Notes under the pieces: model-generated
What the model was told of the DNA's origin: nothing
The model's database searches: none
The model's input: the letters and a program-made list of their open reading frames with translations, nothing else
From: Planctomycetota bacterium
GTDB taxonomy: Bacteria > Planctomycetota > UBA1135 > UBA2386
Direction: 5' to 3'
Assembly: GCA_046290465.1 (NCBI GenBank)
Contig: JBKAGP010000001.1
Coordinates: 2,560,001-2,624,000 of the forward strand
DNA: 64,000 nt
Translations under genes and position numbers: made by a program
Shown here: positions 9,874 through 19,420 of the stretch, piece by piece
Layout of the letters: each line of letters opens with the position of its first letter
How positions within the stretch are numbered: position 1 is the first letter of the stretch

Positions 9874-11108
9874 TCCGCAAGCTGCTCACCTGCACGTTGT
9901 CCCTCGCGTTCGCGTCCGCCGCGTTCGCGCAGCAGGACGTCACCGCCTACACCAACGCGACCATCCTTCCGGGCGGCAAGCCCGCGCTGCGCAAGGCGAC
10001 GCTGGTCGTCGCCGGCGGCAAGGTCGTCGCGATCGGCAGCAGCGCCGACATCACCGTGCCCGAGGGCGCGGCGGTCGTCGACTGCAACGGCAAGACGATC
10101 ACGCCGGGCCTGATCGACGCCTCGTTCGTGGCCGGCCTCAGCGGCCAGGACGCCAACGAACAGAGCGAAGAGGTCACCCCGCACCTGCGCATCCTCGACA
10201 GCCTCGACCCCGAGGACCCGATGTTCCGCCGCGCGCGGCGCGACGGCGTCACCACGGCGCACGTCATGCCGGGCACGCAGAACGTCATCGGCGGCCTCGG
10301 CTGCGTCATCAAGACGTTCGGGGACGACCCGGACGCCATGCTCGTCAAGCAGGACGCCAGCATGCGCATCGTGATGGGCGCCGAACCGTCGGCGCGCAAC
10401 CGCGCGATCCGCGGCGGCCGCGTCAACTCGATCTACTACCGCCGCCCGACCACCCGCATGGGGGTCGTCTGGGCCGTTCGCAGCGCCTTCTTCGACGCCC
10501 AGGAGGCGATGAACAAGACGCAGGGTGCGCCCGACCAGGGCCCGCCGTCGCCCGGCATCGAGGTGCTGACGCGCGTGCTGCAGGGCAAGCTGACCGCGGT
10601 CACCACCGCGCGCAGCGAACAGGACGTGCGCACCGCGCTGCGGATTGCCGATGAGTTCGGCTACCAGACCGTCATCGACGAGGCGCAGGACGCCTACATG
10701 GTCGCCGACGAACTGGCCGCGAAGAAGGCCGTGGTCATGCTCGGCGCGCCGAGCGCGACCTCGGTCGGCGGCAGCGGCGCGCGCGACGGCGCCGCGCCGC
10801 GCAGCGGCACCGTGCGCACGCTCGCCGAGAAGGGCGTCAAGTTCGTCATCACGACGGGCACCAACACCCAGCACCTGCCGCTGATCCGCGAGGCGATGTT
10901 CGCCGCGCGCAACGGTCTCGGCCCGCAACAAGCACTCGACGCGATCACCATCGAGCCGGCCAGGCTGCTCGGCATCGACGATCGCATCGGCAGCCTCGCC
11001 AACGGCAAGGACGCCGACTTCGTCATCTGGTCCCAACATCCCCTCGACCCGGCCGCCGTCGCCGAGTCTGTCCACATCGACGGCAAGCCCGTGTCTCGAA
11101 TCCGATGA
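9870..11108 (+). CDS. Secreted amidohydrolase-family protein 3 (degenerate)
   Basis: ATGA overlap with previous gene; signal ...AFAQQ; PGLIDASFV; GVTTAHVMPG; PTTRMG; IGSLANGKDADFVIW. Confidence 0.88.
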   Translation: MIRKLLTCTLSLAFASAAFAQQDVTAYTNATILPGGKPALRKATLVVAGGKVVAIGSSADITVPEGAAVVDCNGKTITPGLIDASFVAGLSGQDANEQSEEVTPHLRILDSLDPEDPMFRRARRDGVTTAHVMPGTQNVIGGLGCVIKTFGDDPDAMLVKQDASMRIVMGAEPSARNRAIRGGRVNSIYYRRPTTRMGVVWAVRSAFFDAQEAMNKTQGAPDQGPPSPGIEVLTRVLQGKLTAVTTARSEQDVRTALRIADEFGYQTVIDEAQDAYMVADELAAKKAVVMLGAPSATSVGGSGARDGAAPRSGTVRTLAEKGVKFVITTGTNTQHLPLIREAMFAARNGLGPQQALDAITIEPARLLGIDDRIGSLANGKDADFVIWSQHPLDPAAVAESVHIDGKPVSRIR

Positions 11109-12412
11109 ACCTCTCCCTCCTGCGAATCGCGGTCGTCAGCGCGACGATCGCCCTCCCCGCCATCAGTCAGGACCTCGTCGCCGTCAAGGCGAAGACGATC
11201 CACACCATCACCGGCCCGAGCGTCACGGACGGAGTCATCCTGCTGCAGAACGGCCGCATCAAGGCGATCGGCAAGCAGAGCGACGTCGAGATCCCGTGGT
11301 CGGCCAAGGTCATCGATGCCAGCGACAAGGTCGTGATGCCGACGTGGGTGCTCGCGCACAGCAACGGCGGCATGCGCGGCAGCAACGAGTCGATGCAGAA
11401 CGTCCCGTGGCTGACGGTCGCCGACGCGCTCGATCCGGGCTCGACCTACTTCGAGGGCATGCGCCGCAACGGCGTCGGCACGATCCACGTGCTGCCCGGC
11501 AACAACACGCTGATGGCCGGCAGCGGCATGGTCGTGCGACCCGCCGGCCGCACCGTCGAGGACATGACGGTCGCCGCCAACACCGGCATGAAGCTGTCGC
11601 TGCTCGCCAGCGGCGGCAGCCGCCTGCAGAAGATCCGCGAGATGCGTCGCGCGATCGCCGACATCCGCGAGTACCTCGCCGACTACAACCGCCAGAAGGA
11701 CGAGTTCGAGAAGGAGAAGGCCGCTGGCGCGATCGCCGACGACAAGGAGTGGGAGAAGGAGATCGACCGCAAGAAGCAGGCGGCCGTCGACCTGATCGAG
11801 AAGAAGCTCAAGGGCTGGCTCTACGTGCCGAGCTTCGCCGAGCTCGGCGAAGCGCTGCGCATGGGCCAAGAGCTCGACCTGACGCTGGTGCTCGGCAGCA
11901 ACCTCGACGAGGCGCTGCCGATGCTGCGCCGCCTGAAGAGCCCGGTCGTGCTCGACGCCAACCTCGAGTACTACGAGACCGACCCGGAGACGCGTGAGGA
12001 GGAGCAGTTCTGCTCGGCCAAGATGCTGGCCGACGCCGGCGTGCCGTTCGCGCTGTCGCTGGGTTCGGGCCCGAGCGGCAACCCGTGGTGGCAACTCGGC
12101 ACCTGCGTGCGCAACGGCATCAGCAAGCAGCAGGCGCTCGAGGCGCTGACCACCGTGCCGGCCAAGATGCTCGGCCTCGACGACCAGGTCGGCTCGCTGA
12201 GCGAAGGCAAGCTGGGCAACCTGCAGATCCTGACCGGCGATCCGATGGCCGCGACCACCTGGGTCGAGACCGTCATCCTCGAAGGCGAGGTCGTCTACGA
12301 GCGCAGCAAGGACCCGCGTCTGCAGTACCTGTTCGAGGCCGCCGAGAAGGCCTCGGAGCCGCAGCAGCCGAAGAAGGCCGGCGACAACTCGAACGAGGGC
12401 GAGGGCAAGTGA
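11105..12412 (+). CDS. Secreted amidohydrolase-family protein 4 (degenerate)
   Basis: ATGA overlap; signal ...AISQ; MPTWVLAHSN (half HxH); VGSLSEGKLGNLQIL. Confidence 0.88.
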   Translation: MNLSLLRIAVVSATIALPAISQDLVAVKAKTIHTITGPSVTDGVILLQNGRIKAIGKQSDVEIPWSAKVIDASDKVVMPTWVLAHSNGGMRGSNESMQNVPWLTVADALDPGSTYFEGMRRNGVGTIHVLPGNNTLMAGSGMVVRPAGRTVEDMTVAANTGMKLSLLASGGSRLQKIREMRRAIADIREYLADYNRQKDEFEKEKAAGAIADDKEWEKEIDRKKQAAVDLIEKKLKGWLYVPSFAELGEALRMGQELDLTLVLGSNLDEALPMLRRLKSPVVLDANLEYYETDPETREEEQFCSAKMLADAGVPFALSLGSGPSGNPWWQLGTCVRNGISKQQALEALTTVPAKMLGLDDQVGSLSEGKLGNLQILTGDPMAATTWVETVILEGEVVYERSKDPRLQYLFEAAEKASEPQQPKKAGDNSNEGEGK

Positions 12413-15255
12413 TGCAACGTTCCTCCTCCCCCACCCGAGGCGCCGTGCTCGCGGCCGCGCTCGGTGCAGCCTTGCTGGCTGCGCCGCTCGCCGCCCAGCA
12501 GGCGCCGAGCGGCACGTTCGCGGTGCGCTGCGGCACGCTGCTCGTCGGTGACGGCCAGCAGGCCATGACCGACGCGTGGCTGGTCGTGCGCAACGGCAAG
12601 ATCGAGAGCGTCTCGCAGGCCGCGCCGCCGGCCGACCTGCCGGTCGTCGACGCCAGCGGCAAGGTCGTGATGCCGGGCATCGTCGCGGTCGACACCGACC
12701 TCGCGCCGGTTCGCGACAGCGAGTACCAGGTGACCCCCGACGCGTTCGCCGTCGATGCGTTCGACTTCGAGCGTTCGTGGCGGCCCGCCCTCGAGGGCGG
12801 CATCACGTCGGCCTACCTGTCGCCCGGCCGCAGCCGCCTGGTCTCCGGCCAGGGCGCGGTCGTCAAGCTCGCCGGCACCGACCTGGTCGAGCGCGTGCTG
12901 ACCGACGAGGCGTGCCTGCGCGTCAACTTCGGTCCGGCCGCGCTGGCCGCGCCGCGCGTGTTCGAACCGAACGCGCACCCGACCGACGACGAGCCGCTGG
13001 AGCCGGCGCGCATCCAGACGCCGACGTCGCGCATCAGCCTGCTCGCCGAGCTGCGCGCCCTGTTCGCGTCGGCGACCGACAAGGACCAGGGCCCCGGTGG
13101 CCAGGGCCCGGCCGAGCACCTCTACGACGAGCGCGCGCTGCGCATGGTCGTCGAGGGCAAGATGCCGATGCGGGCCTCGGCGCAGGACGCCGGCGACATC
13201 CGCCGCGCGCTGCAGCTGCAGAAGGAGCTGGGCTTCAAGATCGTGCTCGAGAACCCGGACGAGATCGAGCGCGTCGCGGCCACCGCGGCCGCGCAGAAGG
13301 CGATGGCGACGTTCCGCATGCCGACGATGTTCGGCAAGTCGGTGCCCGGTGGCGAGGATCGCTACCAGGACGTCAAGGAGCCGAACTTCGACGCGCCGGC
13401 GAAGGCCGCCGCCGCCGGCATGACCGTCGGCATCAGCCCGGCCAGCGGCGTGCCGCTGCGCGACTACCTGATGTCGGTCGCGATCGCCGTGCGCCACGGC
13501 CTGCCGGAGTCGACCGCGCTGCGCGCCGTCGGCCTCGACGCCGCCAAGGTGCTCGGCGTCGACGGCCGCGTCGGCTCGCTGCAGAAGGGCAAGGACGCCG
13601 ACTTCGTCGTGCTCAGCGGCGACCCGCTCGCCGTCGGCACGATGGTCGAGGCGACCTGGATCGACGGCGTGCGCCGGTTCGCGCGCGAGACCGACAGCCA
13701 GGTGCTGGCGATCCGCACCCACCGCGTGCACGACGGCACCGGCCGGGTGCTGCGCAACGGCGTCGTGCTGATCCAGAACGGCCGCATCAAGGCGGTCGGC
13801 GAGGACCTGGCGATCCCGTACGGCGCCGAGGTCCTCGAGCTCGACGACGGCGTCGCGACGCCCGGCTTCGTCGACGTGTTCTCGCACCTCGGCCTCGCCG
13901 GCGAAGGCACCGGCGTGCCGAACGGCAGCCCGAACCAGCGCCTGCACGACATCCTCGCGTTCGACGATCCGATGTTCGAACCGGCGCTGCGCGAGGGCAT
14001 CACGTCGCTGCTCGTCGGCGGCAAGGACGGCGGCCTGACGTCGGGGCGCCTCGCCGCGATCAAGACCGGCGCCCGTGACCGCGACGGCATGCTGGTGCGC
14101 GAGATCGCCGGCCAGCGCATGGTGTTCGACGCCATCGGCCCGAACGCCACCAAGCCGCTCGCCGACCAGATCGCGCGTGCGCGCAAGTACGCCGACGCGT
14201 GGCAGAAGTACGAGAAGGCGCTGGCCGAGTGGCGCGCCGGCGTCGAGGGCACGCCCGCTCCCGAACCGGAGAAGGAGGAGCCGAAGCCGAAGGAGGGCGC
14301 CGAGAAGGCCGACCCGCTGACCGGCACCTGGGAAGCGGAGATCGTGATCCAGGAGCGCTTCCGCCTGCAGATCAAGCTGGACCTGACGCTCAAGGGCACC
14401 AAGGTCACCGGCACGATCTCGCTCGGCATGGGGCGCGGCGGTCGCGGCCCGCGCCCGCAGGAGATCGAGGGCACGTTCGAGAACGGCACGCTCAAGATCG
14501 AGTTCAGCGGTGCGATGGGCTCGGCGACGCTCGAGGCCACCGTCGAAGGGGACACGATGACCGGCAAGCTGAGCCTCGGCCCGATGGGCACGCAGGACGT
14601 GACCGGCACGCGCACCAGCAAGAAGCCCGGCGCCGCCGCCAAGGCCGCGCCGCCCCGCCGCAAGAAGAAGGGCGAGGACGACGGCCGGCCGAAGCCGCCG
14701 AAGACCGACGAGAACCTCGAGCCGCTGCGCGCGATCCTCGCCGGCAAGGCGACGCTGGTCGTGCGCACCAACCGCGCCCCGGCCATCCAGGGCGTGGTCG
14801 CGCTGCTCGAGAAGGAGAAGATCAGCTACGCCTTGACCGGCGCGGACGATCTGCTCGACGACGGCTCGCTGCTCGGCGGCAAGAAGCCGGCGATCGTCGT
14901 CGGCCCGGAGGTCGTCGTCGAGGACGACGGCGATCTGGTCAACGTCGCGTCGACGTTCGCCGACCACGACCTGCCGATCATGTTCGGCACCGGCAACTGC
15001 GCGGGCACGCGCTTCCTGCCGATGCACGCCGCCTACGCGGTGCGCTACGGCCTCAGCCCGCAGGACGCCCTGCAGGCGCTGACGCTGTGGCCCGCCAAGG
15101 CCTTCCACCTCGACGAGCGCATCGGTTCGCTCGAGAAGGGCAAGGACGCCGACCTCGTGGTGTTCTCGGGCAACCCGTTCGAGCCCACGAGCACCGTCTT
15201 GCTCGTCGTCTGCAACGGCCGCGTGGTCGTCGACAACCGGGAGCAAGCGCAATGA
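12412..15255 (+). CDS. Secreted double-domain amidohydrolase-family protein 5 (both domains degenerate)
   Basis: TGATG overlap at 12410-12414; signal ...LAAQQ. Two full folds (PGIVAVDTD...GSLQKGKDADFVV and PGFVDVFSH...GSLEKGKDADLVV). Domain 2 carries an inserted beta-rich module (LTGTWEAEIVI...). Confidence 0.88.
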   Translation: MQRSSSPTRGAVLAAALGAALLAAPLAAQQAPSGTFAVRCGTLLVGDGQQAMTDAWLVVRNGKIESVSQAAPPADLPVVDASGKVVMPGIVAVDTDLAPVRDSEYQVTPDAFAVDAFDFERSWRPALEGGITSAYLSPGRSRLVSGQGAVVKLAGTDLVERVLTDEACLRVNFGPAALAAPRVFEPNAHPTDDEPLEPARIQTPTSRISLLAELRALFASATDKDQGPGGQGPAEHLYDERALRMVVEGKMPMRASAQDAGDIRRALQLQKELGFKIVLENPDEIERVAATAAAQKAMATFRMPTMFGKSVPGGEDRYQDVKEPNFDAPAKAAAAGMTVGISPASGVPLRDYLMSVAIAVRHGLPESTALRAVGLDAAKVLGVDGRVGSLQKGKDADFVVLSGDPLAVGTMVEATWIDGVRRFARETDSQVLAIRTHRVHDGTGRVLRNGVVLIQNGRIKAVGEDLAIPYGAEVLELDDGVATPGFVDVFSHLGLAGEGTGVPNGSPNQRLHDILAFDDPMFEPALREGITSLLVGGKDGGLTSGRLAAIKTGARDRDGMLVREIAGQRMVFDAIGPNATKPLADQIARARKYADAWQKYEKALAEWRAGVEGTPAPEPEKEEPKPKEGAEKADPLTGTWEAEIVIQERFRLQIKLDLTLKGTKVTGTISLGMGRGGRGPRPQEIEGTFENGTLKIEFSGAMGSATLEATVEGDTMTGKLSLGPMGTQDVTGTRTSKKPGAAAKAAPPRRKKKGEDDGRPKPPKTDENLEPLRAILAGKATLVVRTNRAPAIQGVVALLEKEKISYALTGADDLLDDGSLLGGKKPAIVVGPEVVVEDDGDLVNVASTFADHDLPIMFGTGNCAGTRFLPMHAAYAVRYGLSPQDALQALTLWPAKAFHLDERIGSLEKGKDADLVVFSGNPFEPTSTVLLVVCNGRVVVDNREQAQ

Positions 15256-16664
15256 TGATGTTCCGTCCCACGATCGCGGCGCTCGCCGCGTGCTCGCTGC
15301 TGGCGACCGTCGCCGTGGCCCAGGAAGCCGCGGCGAAGGCCCCGGCCGCCGCCGAGCCGGCACCTGCCAAGCAGGAGCCGAAGCCGTTCCAGACCTGGCA
15401 CCCGCGCCGGCCCAAGGAGGAGAAGGACTACGTGGTCGCCAAGTGGGGACCGCGCGGCCTGCCGAGCCCCGGCTACGCGTTCTACGCCGCCAAGATCCTG
15501 CCGGTGACGTCGGCGCCGATCATCGACGGCGTCATCATCACCAAGAACGGCGTCATCGAGGCGATCGGCAAGGCGTCGGAGCTGACGGTGCCGAGCGGCT
15601 ACGAGAAGGTCGACTGCGGCGACGCGGTGATCTGCCCCGGCTTCGTCGAGACGCACTGCCACATCGCGAGCCCGAGCTTCGACCTCAACGACACGGTCCA
15701 CCCGACCAACCCGGAGTTCCGCACGCTCGACCTGATCAGCATGGAGCACGATCAGATCCGGGTGTCGCGCGCCGGCGGCGTCTCGACCGCGCTCTACATC
15801 CCGGGCTCCGGCTCGAACATGGGCGGCTTCGGCACGCTGACCAAGACCTGGGGCAACTCGCCGGAGGAGGCGCTGGTGCGCTTCCCGGGCAGCCTCAAGA
15901 TCGCGCAGGCCGGCAACCCGGAGCGCGGCTCGGGCGACCTCGGGTCGGGCATGATGGGCATGTCGGAGGGCATCCGCATGACCCTGCTCGACGGCAAGGA
16001 GTACTGGGAGCAGATGCTCGCCTTCGAAGCCGGCAAGGGACCGAAGCCGGAGTTCAACGCGACGCTCGAACTGATCAGCGGCCTGTTCCGCCACGAGTTC
16101 CCGCTCAGCGTGCACACGCAGATCTACCAGGTCGTGCTGCAGACGCTGCAGGAGCTGCGCCTCGAGCTCGGGCTGTGGACCGTCGTCGTGCACGGCACGT
16201 TCGACGGCTACCGCCTCAGCGAGGACCTGCTGATGGCCGGCATGCCGGTCTCCGGCGGCCCGCGCGCGTACCACTACGATCGCGCCACCGGCGCCTTCAA
16301 CGGCGTGCTCGCCAACTACTCGCTCGGCGGCAAGATGGGCTGGCGTGAGCCGGTCATGGGCCTCGGCCGCGACGGCGTCGGCGTCAACACCGACTCGCCG
16401 GTGGTCGCCCAGGAACAGCTGCAGCTGCAGGCCGCCATGGGCGTTCGCCTCGGCTGGCCGCACGAGTGGGCGCTGCGCGGCCTGACCATCAACAACGCGG
16501 TGTTCTTCGGCATCGACCACCGCGTCGGCTCGCTGGAAGTCGGCAAGGACGCCGACCTCGGCGTGTGGAGCGGCGACCCGATCGACCCGCGCTGCTACGT
16601 CGAGCTGATGGTGATCAACGGCACCATCTGCTACCGCCGCAACCCCGACCGTCCGGACTGGTAG
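15252..16664 (+). CDS. Secreted amidohydrolase-family protein 6 (intact metal site)
   Basis: ATGA overlap; signal ...AVAQ. Full ligand set: PGFVETHCH, SLKIAQAGNP, LSVHTQ, VVHGTFDG, VNTDSPV. Confidence 0.9.
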   Translation: MMMFRPTIAALAACSLLATVAVAQEAAAKAPAAAEPAPAKQEPKPFQTWHPRRPKEEKDYVVAKWGPRGLPSPGYAFYAAKILPVTSAPIIDGVIITKNGVIEAIGKASELTVPSGYEKVDCGDAVICPGFVETHCHIASPSFDLNDTVHPTNPEFRTLDLISMEHDQIRVSRAGGVSTALYIPGSGSNMGGFGTLTKTWGNSPEEALVRFPGSLKIAQAGNPERGSGDLGSGMMGMSEGIRMTLLDGKEYWEQMLAFEAGKGPKPEFNATLELISGLFRHEFPLSVHTQIYQVVLQTLQELRLELGLWTVVVHGTFDGYRLSEDLLMAGMPVSGGPRAYHYDRATGAFNGVLANYSLGGKMGWREPVMGLGRDGVGVNTDSPVVAQEQLQLQAAMGVRLGWPHEWALRGLTINNAVFFGIDHRVGSLEVGKDADLGVWSGDPIDPRCYVELMVINGTICYRRNPDRPDW

Positions 16665-16693
16665 TCCGGGCGGTCCGCCCCCCACACACCGCT

Positions 16694-17947
16694 GTGCGAC
16701 CGACCTCCACGACCCTGATGCTGCTGTGCGCCCTGGCTTCGGCCAGCGCGGCTGCACGCGCACAGGCGGAGGCGGGCACGGCCCCGTCGGCGAACCGCGC
16801 GACCGCGCACCTCGCCGCCCGCATCCTTCCCTGTGACCGCGCGCCGATCACCGACGGCGTGCTGATCGAACGCGGCGGCAAGATCGTCGCGATCGGTCCG
16901 CGCCGGCAGACCACCGTTCCGCCCGGAGCCACCGTCGTCGACCACGGCGCGAGCTGGCTGACCCCGGGCTTCGTCGACCTGCACCACCACGTCAGCAGCG
17001 GCGGCGGCGACATCAACGACATGACCGAGCCGTTGAACGCGCAGATGCGCACGTTCGACACGGTCAAGCCGTCGACCGACGAGATCCGTCGGACCGCCGC
17101 GGGCGGCGTCACCACGACGCTGTTCATCCCGGGCAGCGGCACGTTCATCTCGGGGTTCGGCTGCCTGCTCAAGATGCGCGGCGGCGGCACGCTCGAGGCG
17201 ATGACGATCCAGGCGATCGGCGCCATGAAGGTCGCGCAGGGCTTCAACCCGGAGCGCTACAGCGGCGACCTCGGCCAGACCCGCATGGGCAGCAGCGAAC
17301 TGCTGATCAAGCAGCTGGACGCCGGCCGCGACTACGCCGCGGCGTGGCGCGCGTTCGACGCCGGCGACGGCCCGAAGCCGGAGTTCGACCCGGCGCTCGA
17401 ACAGCTGCGGCTGGTGTTCGACAAGAAAGTGCCGGTGCTGATCCACACCGCCGGCATGCGCGACTGCCTGTCAACCTCGCGCATGTTCCAGGACCGTTAC
17501 GACGTGCGCATGATCCTGTCGCACGGTTCGTTCGACGGCTGGCTCGCCGCCGAACCGCTGGCGAAGAAGCAGACGCCGCTCAATCTCGGACCGCGCATGT
17601 ACCAGCTCGACCGCTACGGCCGCATGCAGGGCATGTGCCAGGCGTTCTACGACGCCGGCTGCCACAACCTGTCGATCAACACCGACGCGCCGGTGATCCC
17701 GGCCGAGGAGCTGCAGCTGCAGGCCGCGATGGCCGCGCGGCTCGGCCTGCCCTACCAGGCCGCGCTGGCGGCCGTCACCATCATCCCGGCGCGCCAGATC
17801 GGTCTCGACGACCGCGTCGGCTCGCTCACGGTCGGCAAGGACGCCGACTTCCAGGTCACCGCGGGAGACCCCCTCGACCCCCGCGTGGCCCCGCTCGAGG
17901 TCTACATCGAAGGCCAACTGATCCACCGATTCGGAGACGTGCGATAG
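16694..17947 (+). CDS. Secreted amidohydrolase-family protein 7 (intact metal site)
   Basis: GTG 16694 (alternative ATG 16718); signal ...ARAQ. Ligand set PGFVDLHHH, AMKVAQGFNP, LIHTAG, LSHGSFDG, INTDAPV. Clear paralog of gene 6. Confidence 0.9.
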   Translation: MRPTSTTLMLLCALASASAAARAQAEAGTAPSANRATAHLAARILPCDRAPITDGVLIERGGKIVAIGPRRQTTVPPGATVVDHGASWLTPGFVDLHHHVSSGGGDINDMTEPLNAQMRTFDTVKPSTDEIRRTAAGGVTTTLFIPGSGTFISGFGCLLKMRGGGTLEAMTIQAIGAMKVAQGFNPERYSGDLGQTRMGSSELLIKQLDAGRDYAAAWRAFDAGDGPKPEFDPALEQLRLVFDKKVPVLIHTAGMRDCLSTSRMFQDRYDVRMILSHGSFDGWLAAEPLAKKQTPLNLGPRMYQLDRYGRMQGMCQAFYDAGCHNLSINTDAPVIPAEELQLQAAMAARLGLPYQAALAAVTIIPARQIGLDDRVGSLTVGKDADFQVTAGDPLDPRVAPLEVYIEGQLIHRFGDVR

Positions 17948-17948
17948 C

Positions 17949-19382
17949 ATGCGAAACCACTTCTTGAGCCTCTCGGCCGCCGCGCTGCTGTGCGTCGGCG
18001 CCGTCACCGCCCAGAACGCGCGACCGGTCGCGTTCACCAACGCGCGCATCCACACGGTCAGCGGCAAGGTCGTCGAGAACGGCACCCTGGTCGTGCGCAA
18101 CGGCAAGATCGAAGCCGTCGGCAAGGACGTCACGGTGCCCGCCGGCGCCAAGGTCGTCGACGCCAGCGGCAAGACGATCATGCCGGGCCTGGTCAGCGCC
18201 TGGTCGCGCGCCGGCCTCAACCCGCCGCGCTCGCGCAGCAACACGCCAACGCGCGGCAGCCGCCGTTTCACCCGTTCGTTCCGCTCGTCGTCGAGCAACG
18301 GCCGCACGTCGAACAGCGCCGCGACCCGCGTCGTCGACGGCCTCTACGTGCGCCAGCCGATCTTCCACGACCTGCTCGAGGTCGGCGTCACGTCGCTGGC
18401 GCTGAACCCGAGCGGCGCCGGCTTCCCGGGCCTCGGCGCGGTGCTCAACCCGGCCGGCAAGACCCGCGGCGAGCTGACGCAGGACGACGAGGCGTTCGTG
18501 CAGATCGGCATGCAGCGCAACAACTCGGCCAAGAAGCTGCTCAAGGACACGTTCGAGAAGGCCAAGAAGGTCGTCGAGGAGCGCGAGAAGCCGCCGGCAC
18601 CGCCGAAGAAGGAAGAGCCCAAGAAGGAGGAGGCCAAGAAGCCCGAGGCCAAGCCCGGCGAGAAGCCCGCCGAGAACAAGACCGAGGGCAAGCAGCCGCC
18701 GAAGAAGGACGAGCCGAAGCCCAAGGGCGACGAGCCCAAGCAGGATCCGAAGAAGGACCCGAAGCAGGACCCCAAGAAGGCGACGCCGAAGCCCGCCGCC
18801 AAGCCGAAGCCCAAGCCGAAGGACCCCAACCTCGAGGTGCTGGCCGACCTGCTGCAGGGCAAGCGCCGCGCGATCGTGCAGATCGACTCGGCCGCCGACC
18901 TGCTGCACTGGCAGCACGCGGTCGGCGACGACCTGAAGTTCCCGCGCATGGTCGCGGTGCAGCGTCACGACACCCGCTCCGGGACGATCGACATGGTCGT
19001 CGACCACCTCAAGAAGTGGGAGTGCTCGGTGCTGCTGCCGCCGTCGCTGTCGACCAAGCCCGGCTCGTCGTACCTGATCCACCCTGCCAAGGAACTGCAC
19101 GACGCCGGCATCGAGGTCGGCTTCGCGATCGGCGAGTCGACCAACAGCGTGCGCGCGCTGTTCTACAACCTGATGGAACTGGTGCGCGCCGGCCTGCCGG
19201 CCGACGTCGCGATCAAGGCCGTCACGCAGGTGCCGGCCAAGGCGCTCGGCATCGACGAGCGCGTCGGCACCCTCGAGGAGGGCAAGGACGCCGACCTGCT
19301 GGTGTTCGACGGCGATCCGCTGTCGCCGACCGGCAAGCTCGAGCAGGTCTGGCTGCGCGGCCAGCAGGTCGAGAAGAACTAG
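17949..19382 (+). CDS. Secreted amidohydrolase-family protein 8 (degenerate)
   Basis: Signal ...VTAQ; FTNARIHTVSG; PGLVSAWSR (no HxH); K/E/P-rich insert; GTLEEGKDADLLVFDGDP. Confidence 0.88.
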   Translation: MRNHFLSLSAAALLCVGAVTAQNARPVAFTNARIHTVSGKVVENGTLVVRNGKIEAVGKDVTVPAGAKVVDASGKTIMPGLVSAWSRAGLNPPRSRSNTPTRGSRRFTRSFRSSSSNGRTSNSAATRVVDGLYVRQPIFHDLLEVGVTSLALNPSGAGFPGLGAVLNPAGKTRGELTQDDEAFVQIGMQRNNSAKKLLKDTFEKAKKVVEEREKPPAPPKKEEPKKEEAKKPEAKPGEKPAENKTEGKQPPKKDEPKPKGDEPKQDPKKDPKQDPKKATPKPAAKPKPKPKDPNLEVLADLLQGKRRAIVQIDSAADLLHWQHAVGDDLKFPRMVAVQRHDTRSGTIDMVVDHLKKWECSVLLPPSLSTKPGSSYLIHPAKELHDAGIEVGFAIGESTNSVRALFYNLMELVRAGLPADVAIKAVTQVPAKALGIDERVGTLEEGKDADLLVFDGDPLSPTGKLEQVWLRGQQVEKN

Positions 19383-19420
19383 GCCGCGCCCACAACCCCA
19401 CCGCACACCCCGAACCCAAC

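Noticed and set aside
12295..15363. Long antisense or alternate-frame ORFs (also 21267..24248, 28998..32624, 31012..34398, 38985..43148, 45800..49708, 60097..62349)
   Set aside because: They are Arg/Ala/Gly-rich shadow frames of well-supported genes and contain no recognisable motifs.
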